In this document: piece by piece, positions 49,764 to 62,941 of the stretch | How the letters are laid out: each line of letters begins with the position of its first letter | Numbering within the stretch: position 1 is the stretch's first letter | From: Hypanus sabinus | Lineage: Eukaryota | Direction: 5' to 3' | Length of the DNA stretch: 64,000 bases | NCBI RefSeq assembly: GCF_030144855.1 | Contig: NC_082715.1 | Span: 146,320,001 to 146,384,000 of the forward strand | Program-made: the position numbers and the translations under genes | The notes under the pieces: model-generated | What the model saw: only the letters and a program-made list of their open reading frames with translations | The model's database searches: none | Told to the model about the DNA's origin: nothing

Positions 49764-52700
49764 AGATTATGCCAGGCCTTTCGAGTGCCTCCAGAACTTT
49801 GAAGGTGGAGCTAACCTGGGATATGGGGATATCTCTCAATTCCTGTCGGAGCACATAATTAGAATCTGTCAACCAGCAGCTAACCAAATATCTCAAAGCA
49901 ACACAGATTTTAAAGGGCGATTTTCGAGCCCAAAAGTTCATGTCCTCTTTGCAACTGATTTTTACATAAGAAAACGAGTCAGTGAACGTATTCTGTCAAT
50001 AGGTAAGTGGCAGAACTCTTTCGGAATAATATACAGAATCGCCATCATGTGTCCGCTAATTCCAAAGAGAAAACCACTGAGATTTGTTGCTTGCACCTTA
50101 AATTCATCTATATGCACATTAACAAAACACCGAATGAGATTAACTTGAAGGGAACAGCTGCATTTAAACCTTGAGCACACAACTCTAATAGAAATAAGTA
50201 CATTGATGTTACCAAATGGAGCGAACGATTGCAAGTCTTCTATCATGTATTAGCATGATGAACAACAGAAACGACCGTTTCCGCGGAGCTTTGTTGCGCC
50301 TCACCGTAGATTACTGTGGTACAGGTGTCATAAGCCCTGCGAACGTGGAAAGAACATACATGATGCGAATTCTATTTGTTGTTACAATAACATTAATCAA
50401 AATTGCCTGAAGGAACTTTAATCATTTGCATTAAACTTAGTTACATTTGCAGCAATCATCTAAATAAATTTCTGAATTTGGGCTATTATTTGGAGATATT
50501 AACTGCTGCGTTGGGTTGCATGGCTGGAACATCCCTCCAGAACTTTATATAATCGATATGTTTCCACAGTAATCGATGCAGCAGGTTTCAGGTTATCTCC
50601 CAATAGCTAAACCGCGCTGTTTCTGATCTGGGAGTATTTGATAGAGTTGTGTGGAGGGTAATCTGGTTTGCATCTGATTCTTGAGTTAATTTTCTGTGAA
50701 TGCTTCATTGTGTACGGACCAAGTTAGTGCACGAATTAGGTACAGAGCAAATCTCCTTTACTTTCTCCAATTATTATGTCCTTGAATTTGCAATTCATAT
50801 CTTTTTCTATTCATATCAATTTGCAAGTAAAATTCATATCTGTACGTTTTCCTTTCACAAACTCCAAGCATACGAATATGGTGAGGTTAAAACATATTAA
50901 TTTCACTTACAATATCGCCGTAAACACTGGCTGGGCCAGGATAGCACGAGGTAGATCGAAAGAAAAGCAGCTACACTGACCGTTAGTGGTAACAATCTTC
51001 AGCAGAATACAGAAATACAGAATTTAGTTAAACGGGTCCATTTTTTCTATTGCAGGATCAGAATCGACTTCCTGTTGGGAAATGAGACTTGACAAGCGAC
51101 TGGTGGTGTCGGTTTGGAGCCAGTCACCATAATTCCATTAGATTTTAAACAAGTTTTGAGAAAGAGACACTTTTAGTTCTGAAGTTAAATGCCTAACTTT
51201 GAGCAAAGTAAAATTTGATGGGATTAGACCGGAACTCTCAAAGATCAATTCGGAGAAGCCGTTAGCAGGCATAGTGAAGTTTGGCAAGTCGGAAGCTTTT
51301 GAAAATGGGATACAGAGAATTCAGGGCCAATATACCAGTGAACGGCAACGTAGGTAGTATTCAGGAGCCCTAAATAATGGAGGGAAATTGAAGTCTGTTG
51401 AACAGAATGGAATAGCCGTCTGGGATGTAGCAAAAACTGTTGGGAAAACGAGGAATGCTGGAGTCCAGTTAATGACGAAATCAAGAGCGAAAACGGCCAT
51501 AAGACGTCCTTGACGGGTAAGTTGATCATAAGAGATTCTTTAAATATATAAAAAAAACAAAAGAAGGAGCTGGGGAGACAAATGGCCCACTTTGGAATTA
51601 GTTTGTTTGTCGAGACAAAGGAGGACCTAAATGAATGCTTCTATTCTACTTTAATGAGGAAAAGTCGTGGAAGCGGGAAAGCTCAAGGACGAGCAGACTG
51701 ATGCCCTGAAAGGTAATGATATTAAGCAAAATCGATGTTTCTGTTTTTGAAGAGGAGAACGATGAATAAACCCTTGATCTTGCTCTCTGTATCCAAAAAC
51801 GTGTAGCGAGCTTGGGTGCAGTTTGCTAGATCTTTTGCAGAGACTTGTTGTGTCTTTGTTAACCACAGGTGTTCAAGACAATGAGAAGCTGTACAAGATA
51901 ACGAGAGGCATTGATCATGTTGGTAGTCAGAGGCTTTTTCCCAGGGCTAAAATGGCTAGCACGAGAGGGCACAGTTCTAAGGGGCTTGGAAGTAGGTACA
52001 AAGGAGATGTCAGGGGTAGATTGTTTTACACAGAGAGTGGTGAGTGCGTGGAATGGCTTGCCGGCTGCTGTGATGCAAGCGGAAATTATAGGGTTTTTAA
52101 AGATACTCCTGGACAGGTACATGGTGCTTAGAAAAACAAAGGCTAATGGGTAGGCCTATGTAGTTCTGAGGTGTTCAGCACAGTTTTGTGGGCCGAAGTG
52201 CCTGAACTGTGCTGTAGCTTTTCTATGCCTGTACGTTTCTAGATGTGGTTTGGAAACCTAAAGGTTAGCTGATGTTGCCTCTTTATTTAAGTGAAACTTT
52301 AAGGATAAGCAACGGAATTACAGCCTTGTACTCCCAACATTAGTGGTGGGAAAGGTACTGCCGCTAATTCTGCGAGACAGGATCTATACGCACATGGAAA
52401 GGCAAGTAATGCTTAGGAACAGTAAAGTGGTTTTGTGCGTCAGAAGTCACAGATCCCGAATTTACATTGCTGTTTTGAAGATGGCACCGAAATGATTGAT
52501 GTGAGCATGGTAGTAGTTTACCACATGGAATGGACGTCTTGAATTATAATGAACCGCTGGGACATTCTGGGATTGCTTTCCTTTAACGCATGTAGGCTGG
52601 TATTGACATTATAGAGGTTTATTAAATCGTGACGGGAATATATATGGTGAAAGGTCAAAGTGCATTTCCCGTTTACACGGCTCCTAAAATCGGAGTGGAT

Positions 52701-52944
52701 GGGCTTAAGGTGAGAGGGGAATATCAAAGAGGACCTATGGATAAGTGTTCATCGCAAAGGTGGTGACGATGTGGAAATACCTGCCAGAGGAAGTGACAGG
52801 CGCAGCAACAATTTCGAGGTTTAAAATCCGCTTGGAGATGAGCACGAATAGGAAATGTTTCAAGAGATACAGAGAAAATCTAGGTGAATCGGTCCAGCTC
52901 AAGAACACTGCTTATTCAGTATAACTGGTGAGCCCAAGAATTCG

Positions 52945-53225
52945 GGAATTGATCGCAATGTAATGTAAAGGCGTTTATCGATCCGATACTACATTAGTCG
53001 TTTCGAGCAGAAGGAGCTCGTTAACCATGCTTGGCAGCTCATCTCGGAGAAGAAACACTCAGATCTCAAACCTCCGATGCCCTTGCGGCTGTGCCAACAC
53101 ATGGGGAAAGGCTCGGAGAAACCCCGGTATCCCGGTTCAATTAGTGAAAACCCATGCAGCAGAGCGACCTCCAGTCTTCTTGTACAGTCAAGGATCTAGA
53201 TGACGACATCTCTCTGTTAAACTGG
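52945..53225 (+). pseudogene. V-like remnant of the inverted cluster (copy 3)
   Basis: YYIS(W>R)FEQK...GKGSEKPRYPGSISEN...KDLDDDI-(YY)-C at 53215. Confidence 0.5.
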
Positions 53226-53670
53226 TAGTTGATGTGCAACTGGTAATCCACAATAAAATAAATATTAGGTCATAGAAATAAATAAATATATATATTCGAA
53301 TTGTTCCTGCAACTGCGCTGCCGATTCGGGCACGGGAAGGTCTGCGAATTGCACTGCAGCTAGTTAAATGAATTTTAAAAAATTAAGTTATAAATATTGT
53401 CCAGAGGAATGATCTCCCTCGTTCCTGCTTCTCTTCAAAATGACCCTCCCAAAGGTCGTGTACTGTCACCGCACATACGTAATGTCGATTGTTTGACACG
53501 CATTCGGCACCTTTCTACAAGGTCAGTCCACGTTTTCCAAACATCTTCAGTGTGGGACTTGAACCCGCAACTTGCCATTCGAGAGGCCGCAGGTCAAACC
53601 ATCAAATAATAAATGACTGACTGACGATTTGTTATCGTTCTTTAATATGGACATTTCTTTGTCACTCCAG

Positions 53671-53990
53671 GTGGAAATTGTCTGCCCTTCGATTGCTGTT
53701 CTTCCACCCGAGATTGAAGGACAGATTGTGACTGTGATGTGACTAGTCTACAACTATTCTCTTAGACAGGTGGAGGTGTCTGAGAAATGGACCAGAATGT
53801 TGTTGCTGGTGTCCAGACAACCCGAGCCGTCCGGGATACCCACCAGACCTACATCCTCAACTGTTACCTCACGCTGATCGCCTCCCAGTGGAACTCACAA
53901 GAAAAGTGCACTTGTGAAGTCCCACGATTGATTCCTTTCTATTTGCAAGCGGCTTTCCTACAGTCGTACTTTACATTATGGCGGAATAAA
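53671..53990 (+). pseudogene. Decayed IgL constant exon of the inverted cluster (copy 3, best preserved)
   Basis: Acceptor GTCACTCCAG; one frame reads IVCPSIAVLPPEIEGQIVTVM*LVYNYSLRQVEVS, then after a shift MDQNVVAGVQTTRAVRDTHQTYILNCYLTLIASQWNSQEKCTCEV; AATAAA at 53985. Confidence 0.88.
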
Positions 53991-56900
53991 ACATTTTCAC
54001 TTTGTAAATGTAACCCGGAATCTTTTGCTACAAAAAATAAAAATATATTGTTCTTGCGTGTCAGCGGTTGAATTAACCCAGCGGAGGGGCAGCTGATATC
54101 GTGCACTGACTGTATTGGTTACTAACCATAAAACTGGGAAGTGGAATAGAGCATTTTGTTCCTCTAACGCGTCCAGATAGTCATCAAGTACTGATTGATA
54201 TTAGATCTCAGCAACATGTTCCTTCCCCTTTCATTAATATTGAGAAATCTGTGATCTTATGAATGAATTTAATGAAGCTGGCTGGCGAATAACACCATGG
54301 TCAGCACATTGAATGCGTGTGGTTGAGTGAGATGCAGGCTGTGCGAAGCTGCCGTTTCTGGGAACATGACGGAACGCCCCTGAGGCGGAATTCCGGCAGA
54401 AGGCGCTTTTCACATCTGTTCCTAGATGTAAACGCCTGATCTGAGACTGCAGCAATGGTTATGGACTCCTCATCTAGGAAAAAAATCTTCTGTTCATTGA
54501 GTATGTTAAGATCTGTAAGAATATTAATTTTCATCGAGATTTGCACACATTCTTGTAAATATCTAGAGAAAAGAGGGCCAGACTACGCAATTTCTTCACA
54601 AATGTTGATTCTGCAACTAAACTATCAATACCTGATGAAATCCTTCAATGTTTCTGATGAAATCTCCATCCCTACATTGGGCCAGATGTCCTAATCCTTG
54701 GCCTATGTCTTATGGTCTTTTTAAGCAGCCGAGGCTTGGCATCGCAATGACGTCACCATTCGTGTACGTAAATTCTGTCAGGAGAAAGGGTTAAATAACA
54801 TTTGTCTTCCCTGTGGTCTGTTCTGGCGTTTCAGCTTTCAGGAAGCCGACGGCCAGTTATCTTTAATACATTACCGAATGCCTCGCAATTAAAGTAATTG
54901 ATTACGTTTGTAAGGTATATTAAAATGGGAGCATGATATTATAGACTTAAACTAACGTTTCAATTAAAATTAGTTCCTGAAACAACAAAGAATCGAATAA
55001 TTAAAACAATAGATTAAAATAAACCATATTTGAACAGTTTATATTTCTCTTTATACAACTCATGTTTTCCCTACAACCCACAAACAATGGTGCCTCCAAT
55101 GATTTGAACAGGTGAATCTGGCCCAGGATACAAGGCACAATCTAGTGTAATGTTGGGCGACGTCCTTTCGGTTCTGCTGCATCTTCTTGCTGCTCTGTAT
55201 TTTAGTTCATTAGAAAGTTTAAATGCTTGAAGTATAGAGGATAGAGAGGCCACAGAGAACAAAGTAAATGTTCGGATAGGATGAAAAGAAAACGAATGGC
55301 ACACCTCATCAATAGAAAGGTGGTGAATCACAGGTTTTTATTTATTTCGAGATACAGCACGGAACAGGCGCTTCCGCTCCAACGTGCCACACCGTCGAGT
55401 AGCCTACCTGTTTAAGCTAGCCTAATCCCGGTAGAATTTACGAGACAAGTAACGAGAATCAACTAACGGGAACGTTTTTGAACTGCGGGAGAAAACCGGA
55501 GCACCAGGAAGAACCCCACGCGGTTCACGGGAAGAACGAACTAAGTCCAACACGCAAAGCCAAAAGTGAAGCCCGAGCTATTGTTGTAGTGTTGCCTAAC
55601 CGTTATGCCATCCCGATGCCCGGGAGCCACGGGCAAGGAAAGGTATAAGTGAATACAAGTGCTTAGATTCAGCAAGGTCATGGGGATAAATAAGAATTCC
55701 TTCGCGGGTCTTCCTCAAGATTAGCATTTCTCTTCATTGCATAAATACAAATTGTGGGTCGTCGAAAAAAATGAACCTCAGCTCATTGCGAAATGCCGAA
55801 GGGCATTCTCGGAACAGTGCAGGTGCAGCTAAACTTAAACACAGAAAATGTAGGGAATACGCTGCAGGGCAGGAAGCCTCTGTTTAAGAAGAGCTATTGC
55901 TGACAATTCAATTCATCAGATATCCTGATGGCTGGTGGGGGATCAGAAACACAAACTCTGTTTCTTTTTCCACAGATGCTGCTTGAACCGCGTCTCCAGC
56001 ATGTATGGTTTTCTTTTAGATTTCTAACATCTAACGTTCATTGTCGCACCAATATGACGTGTAAATCAGTGACGGTGAAACGTAATATTACATGTATGCA
56101 AGATCGCAAAAAGGAAACCATCTTTTCAAGATAATATAGTGCTGACTGTATAAATATGTTGGGGCATTTCGAGGTTAAGAAGAAGGAGGTGTTCGGCCTC
56201 CTATTATTAAGGTAGATCGGTCCCCAGGGCCAGATGGGAGCTACCGTTAGTTACAGAACGAGTCAGGAAACGAGATGGCTGGGGCCTTGACCAGTATCTT
56301 CGTGGCCTTTAGCCATAGGCGAGGTCCCAGAGGACTGACGAATGACTAATGATGCACCTCTCTAGCCGAAGGGAACAAGGGAAAATCCTCGGAACTATAG
56401 ACCAGAAGGAGCACGTCAGTTGTAAGAAATTGCGGGAGAAAATACTTCGGGATAGGATATATGAGCATTTGGAAATTTCTACCCTAACCAGGGAAAGCCA
56501 ATAAGGCTTTGTATGTTGCAGGTCATCCCTTGCCAATTTCGAGTTATTCGACAATAATACGAGATAAATTGATGAGGGTAGGGCTGTGGATGTTGGTTAC
56601 ATGGATTTTTGTAAGGCTGTTGACAAAGTCCCTCTCAGGAAACTAATCCGGAAGATTAAGAAGCATGGAGTCCGCGGCGAGTTGTCTCTTTGTATTCATA
56701 AACTACTTTCGCATAGACGCCAGGGGGTAGTGGTTGAAGGGACCCACTCTAGCCGGAGACTGTTATTAGAGTTATGCAGAGGCCGGAGCTGCGACTTTTG
56801 TTGTTTGCGATGTATATAAATGACCTGGAGTCTAAAAAGTGTACTTTTAAGGAGCATAAGAGAACACTGAAGAAGCAAATTAGGATGGCTGAAAGAAGGC

Positions 56901-59900
56901 ATGAGGTAGTTCTGGTAGACAAAGCATAGGAAATCCCAAGAGTTTCTACATGTATATTGTGAGTAAAAGGATAGCAAGTGACTAGTTTCCGATTAGAGTG
57001 GCCATGAAGCTGAAAGGGGTTAGGGAGATCACAAATGGATTTTTTATATCTGTATTTACTCAAGAGACGGACACAGTGTGAGGCAGAATAGTAGTGTATT
57101 CATGTGCTTAAAAGGATTACAGAGGAGGGGGTGCTTACAATCTTGGGACAAGGTATGGCGGATATATCTCCAGGAGCTGAAGAAGTGTTCTAGGACCTTG
57201 TGGGAGGCTAGTGCAGAAAGTGCAGGGGACCCAGCAAACATTTTAAAATGTCCTTAGCCTCAGCTGAGGGTAGCCAATTTTGTTCCGCTGTTCAAGAAGC
57301 TGTCCAAGAATAAGATTGGCAATTATAGGCAGGTGAGCCTGACGTTAGTTGTAGGCAGGTTATTGCACTGGATTCTAAGGGATTAGGTTTATAGGCATTT
57401 GGAGAAAAACAGAGTCTAATAATGAATAATCAACATGTAGTGTGCGTGGTGGGTGATGTCTAACCAATTATTTAGAGATTTCCGAGAACGTTATCTAAAG
57501 GTTTGATGAAGGAAAGAAAGTGAATATTGCCGACATGGACTATAGCAAGGCCGTTGACATAGGTCCCATATGTGAGGTTGTCATGAAAGTTAGGACTCTT
57601 GTCATTCAGTATCAGGTAGTAATCTGGATCAGATATTCGCTTCACTGGAAAAGCCAGAGATTGGTAGTCGATGTTTGCCTCTGAGTGGAAGCTTGTGTCT
57701 AGTGGTGTACCTCAGGGATGGGTGTTATGCACTTTGTTGTTTGTCATCTGTATCAACGATCCGAATCATAATGCAATCTAGGTCATCAAATTTGTGGATA
57801 ACAGCAAGATCGGGGAGGTAATGAACGGTGAGTAAGGTCATTGAACCTTGCAGTGGGATCTGGAGCAGCTGGGAAAACAGGCTGAAAACGTCAAATGGTT
57901 ATTAGTCAAGACAAAGTGAGGACAAACTAGCTTGGACTTACACGAGGAACTGTAGGGCACTTAGGAGTACGGTAGAACAGAAGGAATGCCGATCCATAAT
58001 TTCTTCATAGTGGCGTCGTAGGTAAGTACTCTGTAAAAAGAGCTTTTGGCATGTTGGCCTTCGGAGATCCAAGTAAATGTTGAGTACAAGAGTTTGGACG
58101 AAACCTTGAAGCTGTATAAGATTATTGCAAAGCCTTATTTGGAGTATTGTATATAGTCCTAGTCACCTGCCCATAACAACGCTAGAACACTAGAATACTA
58201 CGGCACCGTACAGGCCCTTCAGCCTTCGATGTTGTGCCGACCCATATATTCCTTTAAAAAATACGAAACCCACACTACCCGTAACCCTCTATTTTTTCTT
58301 TCATGTATGCGCCTGTTCATGAGGCTCTTAAATACTCCTAATGTTTTAGCCTCTACCACCATCCCTGACAAGTCATTCCAGGCAGCTACAACACTCTGTA
58401 TAAAAAATTACTCCTGATATCTCCCTTAAACGTCACTCCCTTAACTTTGTACATCTGCCCTCTGGTGTTTGCTATTCGTGCCCTGGGAAACAGCTACTGG
58501 CTATCCACACTATCTATGCCTCCCATAATCTTGTACACCTCTATCATGTCTCCATTCAACCTTATACGCTCCAAGGAGAAAAGTCCCAGCTCTGCTAACC
58601 TTGCCTCATACGACTTGTTTTCCAATCCAGGCAACTTCTTGGTAAATCCCCTCTGCATCCTCTCCATAGATTTCACATCCTTCCTATAATGAAGTAACCA
58701 GAACTGAATAGAATCCTCTAAGTGTGGTCTCACCAGAGGTTTGTTAAGTTGCCACATAACCTCTCTACTCTTGAATTCAACCCCTCGATTAATAAAGCCT
58801 GACATCCCATAGGCCTTCTTAACTAGCCTATCAACCTGTGCAGCAACCGTGAGCTATGTATGGATTTGTACCTCAAGGTCCCTCTGTTCATCCACACTCT
58901 TATGTAACCGACCATTAACCCTCTACTCATCCTTCTGGTTTGTCTTTCCAAAATACATCACCTCACACTTATCCGGATTGAACTCCATCTGCAACTTTTC
59001 TGCCCAAGTCTGCACCCTGTCTATATCCTCTTGTAGCCTTAAACAACCTGCAGCTCCATCTACAACTCCTCCAATCTTCGTGTCATCCGGAAACTTACTC
59101 ACCCATCCTTCCGCCTCTTCATCCAGGTCACTTATAAAAATCACAAAGAGCAGGGGTCCCAGGGGTCCTTGTGGCAGTGCACTAGTCACCGACCTCCAGG
59201 CGGAATACGTTCCTTTCACTACTACACTCTGCTTTCTTCCTGTAAGCCCTTTTTAAATCCAAATAGCCAAGGTTCCACTGATCCCATGCCTCATGACATT
59301 CTGGATGAGTCTCTCGTGGGGGACCTTGTCAAATGCCTTGCTAAAATCCATGCAGGCCACATGTACCGCCCTACCCTCATCAATTGCTTTTGTTACCTCT
59401 TCAAAAAACTCAATTAGAGTCGTGAGGCTCGAACTTCCCTTCACAAAATAGACTATCCTTGAGTAGACTGCACTTCTCCAAATGCTTGTGATCCTATCCT
59501 TAAGAATCTTTTCCAATAGTTTGCAGACCAACGACCTAAGACTCACTGGTCTATAGTTCCCAGGATTCTCCCTATTACCTTTTTTAAAGAAGGGAACTAC
59601 ATTTGCCGTTCTCCAATTCCCCGGGACCAGTAGTCAAATCAACGCGTACAACAAGCTGGAGGAACACATACGGTTCCCTTTTCCTACCATTTTCTCCTTC
59701 TATCAGTGGGTCAAACATATCCTGAACTCAGCACAAGCGGTCCCTAAACTTCCGGCACATTGCTTCTGTGCTATCACCCTTGCACGTCTGTTTTCAATTT
59801 AATCTCGCTAGTTCCTGCCTCATCCCTTCACAGATAGCCCTTCCGTAGTTCAGTACTTTTCATTTTGTCTGTTTTTATCCTTTTCCATATCTATGCTGAA

Positions 59901-61772
59901 GTTATGTGAGTTGTGGTCACTCTCACCAAAATTTTCCCCCACAAGTGAACTGCCACTTGAACAGGTTCAATACCCATAACTAGATCAAGTATGGCTTATC
60001 CTCTTCAAACAGCAGGAAATCTGCAGATTTTGGAAATTCAAGCAACATACTCAAAATGCTGGCGGAACACAGCAGGCCAGGCAGCTTCTATAAGGAGAAG
60101 CACTGTCGACGTTTCAAACCGAGATCCTTCGACAGTACGAAAGGTCTCGGCCCGAAACGTTGACTGCTCGTTTCCACGGGTGCTGCCCGACCTGCTGAGT
60201 TCCTCCAGCTTGTTGCACGCGTTGATTTGACTACAGAATTTGCAGTGTACTTTGTGTTGTCTACATTTATGTTTTGTCCCCTGTCTGTCCATCACCGACT
60301 CAGAACACATAGCATCACGCCCTTGTCCTTCTGACCTGATCTCTGCACTTACATTCTGATTCCCACCCCACTGCCAGGCAAGCTTAAACACTCCCCAACA
60401 GCTGTTGCAAACCTGCCCGGCAGTATATTGGTCGCTTTCCAGTTCAGGCCCGTCCTTTGGTACAGGTCAGACCTTCCCCAGAAGAGATCACAATACGATA
60501 TCAATAATATTGAAAGAATGCAGAGAAAATTTAGAAGGATTTTACCAACACTGAACCTGAATTATAGGGAGAGCTTCAATGGGTTTTGACTTCATTAACT
60601 GCAGCAAAGGAGAATGATTGGTGATTTGATGGAGATATACAAAATTATGAGATGTATAGACAATGTAAATGCAAGCGGGGCTTTTCCACTAAAATGGCGT
60701 GAAATTAGTACTAGAGATCATGGATTAAAGATGAAATGATTAAATGAAGCATGAGGGGAATGTCTTTACTCGGACTGTGGTCATGGAACGAGATGGAGTC
60801 GGAAGGACTGGGTGCGGGTTCTATTTCAACTTTCATGAGCAATATAGATAGGAACATGGATGGGAGAAGATGGAGAACAACGCCCTGGTGACTAGTCCGC
60901 GTAATAGTTCAGCTAGATGGGCTGAAGAGTCTGCTTCTGTGCAATAGTGATCTATAAAATTATCTACACGTTTCGGAATCTTTAATGTAATGGCTGCAAT
61001 AGTTTCAATTTGGGTTCCGGTGAGCATGAACAGTTCATGTATTTCACTGAATTTCGAGGTTGTGGACATACGAAGGAATAATAATAGGGGCAGGCTGACC
61101 AGATCTCTGGTCTCCGGTTTCTGTCATATCTCGACTCCTTTGCATCTCTTAAAGATCTTCCGATCTCAATCTACTTGGGCATCGATAAAATTTCTAAGGA
61201 TTAAATGTGCATCGAGAGAACAATGTTACCTTTTGTTTCAGTCCTCAATACCCAAACCTATTATCCGAACACTACAACTTTCAGCTCTCCACAGAAAACA
61301 AGAGGGACTCGGCTCGGAATATAACTTGCCTGCTGAAAAAGATTTTTCGATGTTTCAATGACATTACCACCCTTTCATCTAAATACCATAGAAAATAGGC
61401 CGTTTTATTCGTTCACATAAACTCGCACTTATTCTGGACGCAAAATCTGCTGCATTTCACGCAATATGAGGATCGTCCCAGACCCACCAATTTCGCCACT
61501 TCTATATTTATCAATCGTCCTCGGTTGAATGTGTTCCTTCATGACAGATGACTGTGTGTCTGTGTGCACAAGTGTGTGCGCTTTCATAGCTCTTTCCTTT
61601 ACGTCAGTGCAATAACATTAAAGAGAGATTTAAAATATATTTCTGCTTCATTCCGAACTCTAAAGAAAAGTCATGAAAACATGTTGCATATCAGACTTAA
61701 TCTTTCATGTTATTGGGTAGCTGTGGTCGAAATTATCAACAATTTGGCAAGAACCAAGAATGCACTCTTCAG

Positions 61773-62370
61773 GTGTGGCCTTTTATACATTGGTGAGACC
61801 CGACGCAGACTGGGAGACCAGAAAAAGCAGGATCTCCCAATGGCCACACATTTTATTTCCAGGTCCCATTCCCATTCTGATATGTATATCCATGGCCTCC
61901 TCTATTGTCAAAATGAATCCAAACTCAGGTTAGAGGAACAACACCTTAAATACCGGCTGGGTAGCCTCCAACGTGATGGCATGAACATTGACTTCACTAA
62001 CTTCCTTTAATGCCCCTGCTCCCCCTGTTACCCCATCCGTGACATATTTAGTTGTTTGCCTGTTCTCCAGCTTCTTCTGGTGCTCCTCCCTCCATTCTTT
62101 CTCCTGAGGCCTCCCGTCCCATTATCCTTTCCCTTCTCCAGCTCTGTATCACTTTCGCCAATCACCTTTCCAGCTCTTAGCTTCATTCCACCCCCTCCGG
62201 TCTTCTCCTATCATTTCGCATTTCCCCCTCCCCCCACTACTTTGAAATCTCTTACTACCTTTCCTTTCGGTTCGTCCTGACGAAGGATCTCGGCACCAAA
62301 CGTCGACAGCGCTTCTCCCTATAGATGCTGCCTGGCCTGCTGTGTTCCACCAGCATATTTGTGTGTGTTG
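61773..62370 (+). mobile_element. Penelope-like element fragment (GIY-YIG endonuclease C-terminus plus terminal repeat)
   Basis: CGLLYIGETRRRLG...ATHF...LRLEEQHLKYRLGSLQRDGMNIDF. 13-bp TSD ATGCA(C/A)TCTTCAG at 61760-61772 and 62371-62383. Empty site near 41910. Confidence 0.9.
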
Positions 62371-62618
62371 ATGCAATCTTCAGATTACGGTTACTTGATG
62401 AGCATCTGGGAATGCCTTTAACTGAGACTAATTAACATTGGAGTTTGAATTAAGAATTATAGTCATTTAATAGAAAGTCATTTAAAAATGACGAAACTTA
62501 AATGATGAATCTGAACGCAGATACTGAACTGCAAAAGAATAATGTTTTAAAGCTATTTTAATGAAGGAAAGGACGGATTAAATAAGCTTTTCATCTTTAT
62601 TAAGTTTCAAATGTAGAT

Positions 62619-62941
62619 TTAGATACAGCTGGATCTCTCGATCGTTGCTACAAACGGGTTTGCGAGAGCCTCGTGTTTAACCACGCAGGAGTAACGCTCG
62701 TGTGAGCTCCATTCTGAGGCTGGCAGAGTCAGGTAACTGCTCACACTAAACGTGTTGTCCGTGTCCTGAATGGCAGGGCTCGTCTCAACGCCATCGCTTT
62801 TCGTACGTCTGTCCACGGTCCACTCAATGCCCACAGCTCCCGGATTAAAACGGCTCACCAAACATACCAGTGTCGCTGTGCCCTTTCCCGCAATTTCTTC
62901 GGCTGAAGGCCTGAGGACGGTGACCATGGGGCTCCGGGGAT
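62619..62941 (-). CDS. IgL constant exon, cluster D (open frame, canonical acceptor; VJ lies beyond the window)
   Basis: (N)PRSPMVTVLRPSAEEIAGKGTATLVCLV...SSCI*; 323 bp; acceptor TTTTAAACAG. Confidence 0.95.
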
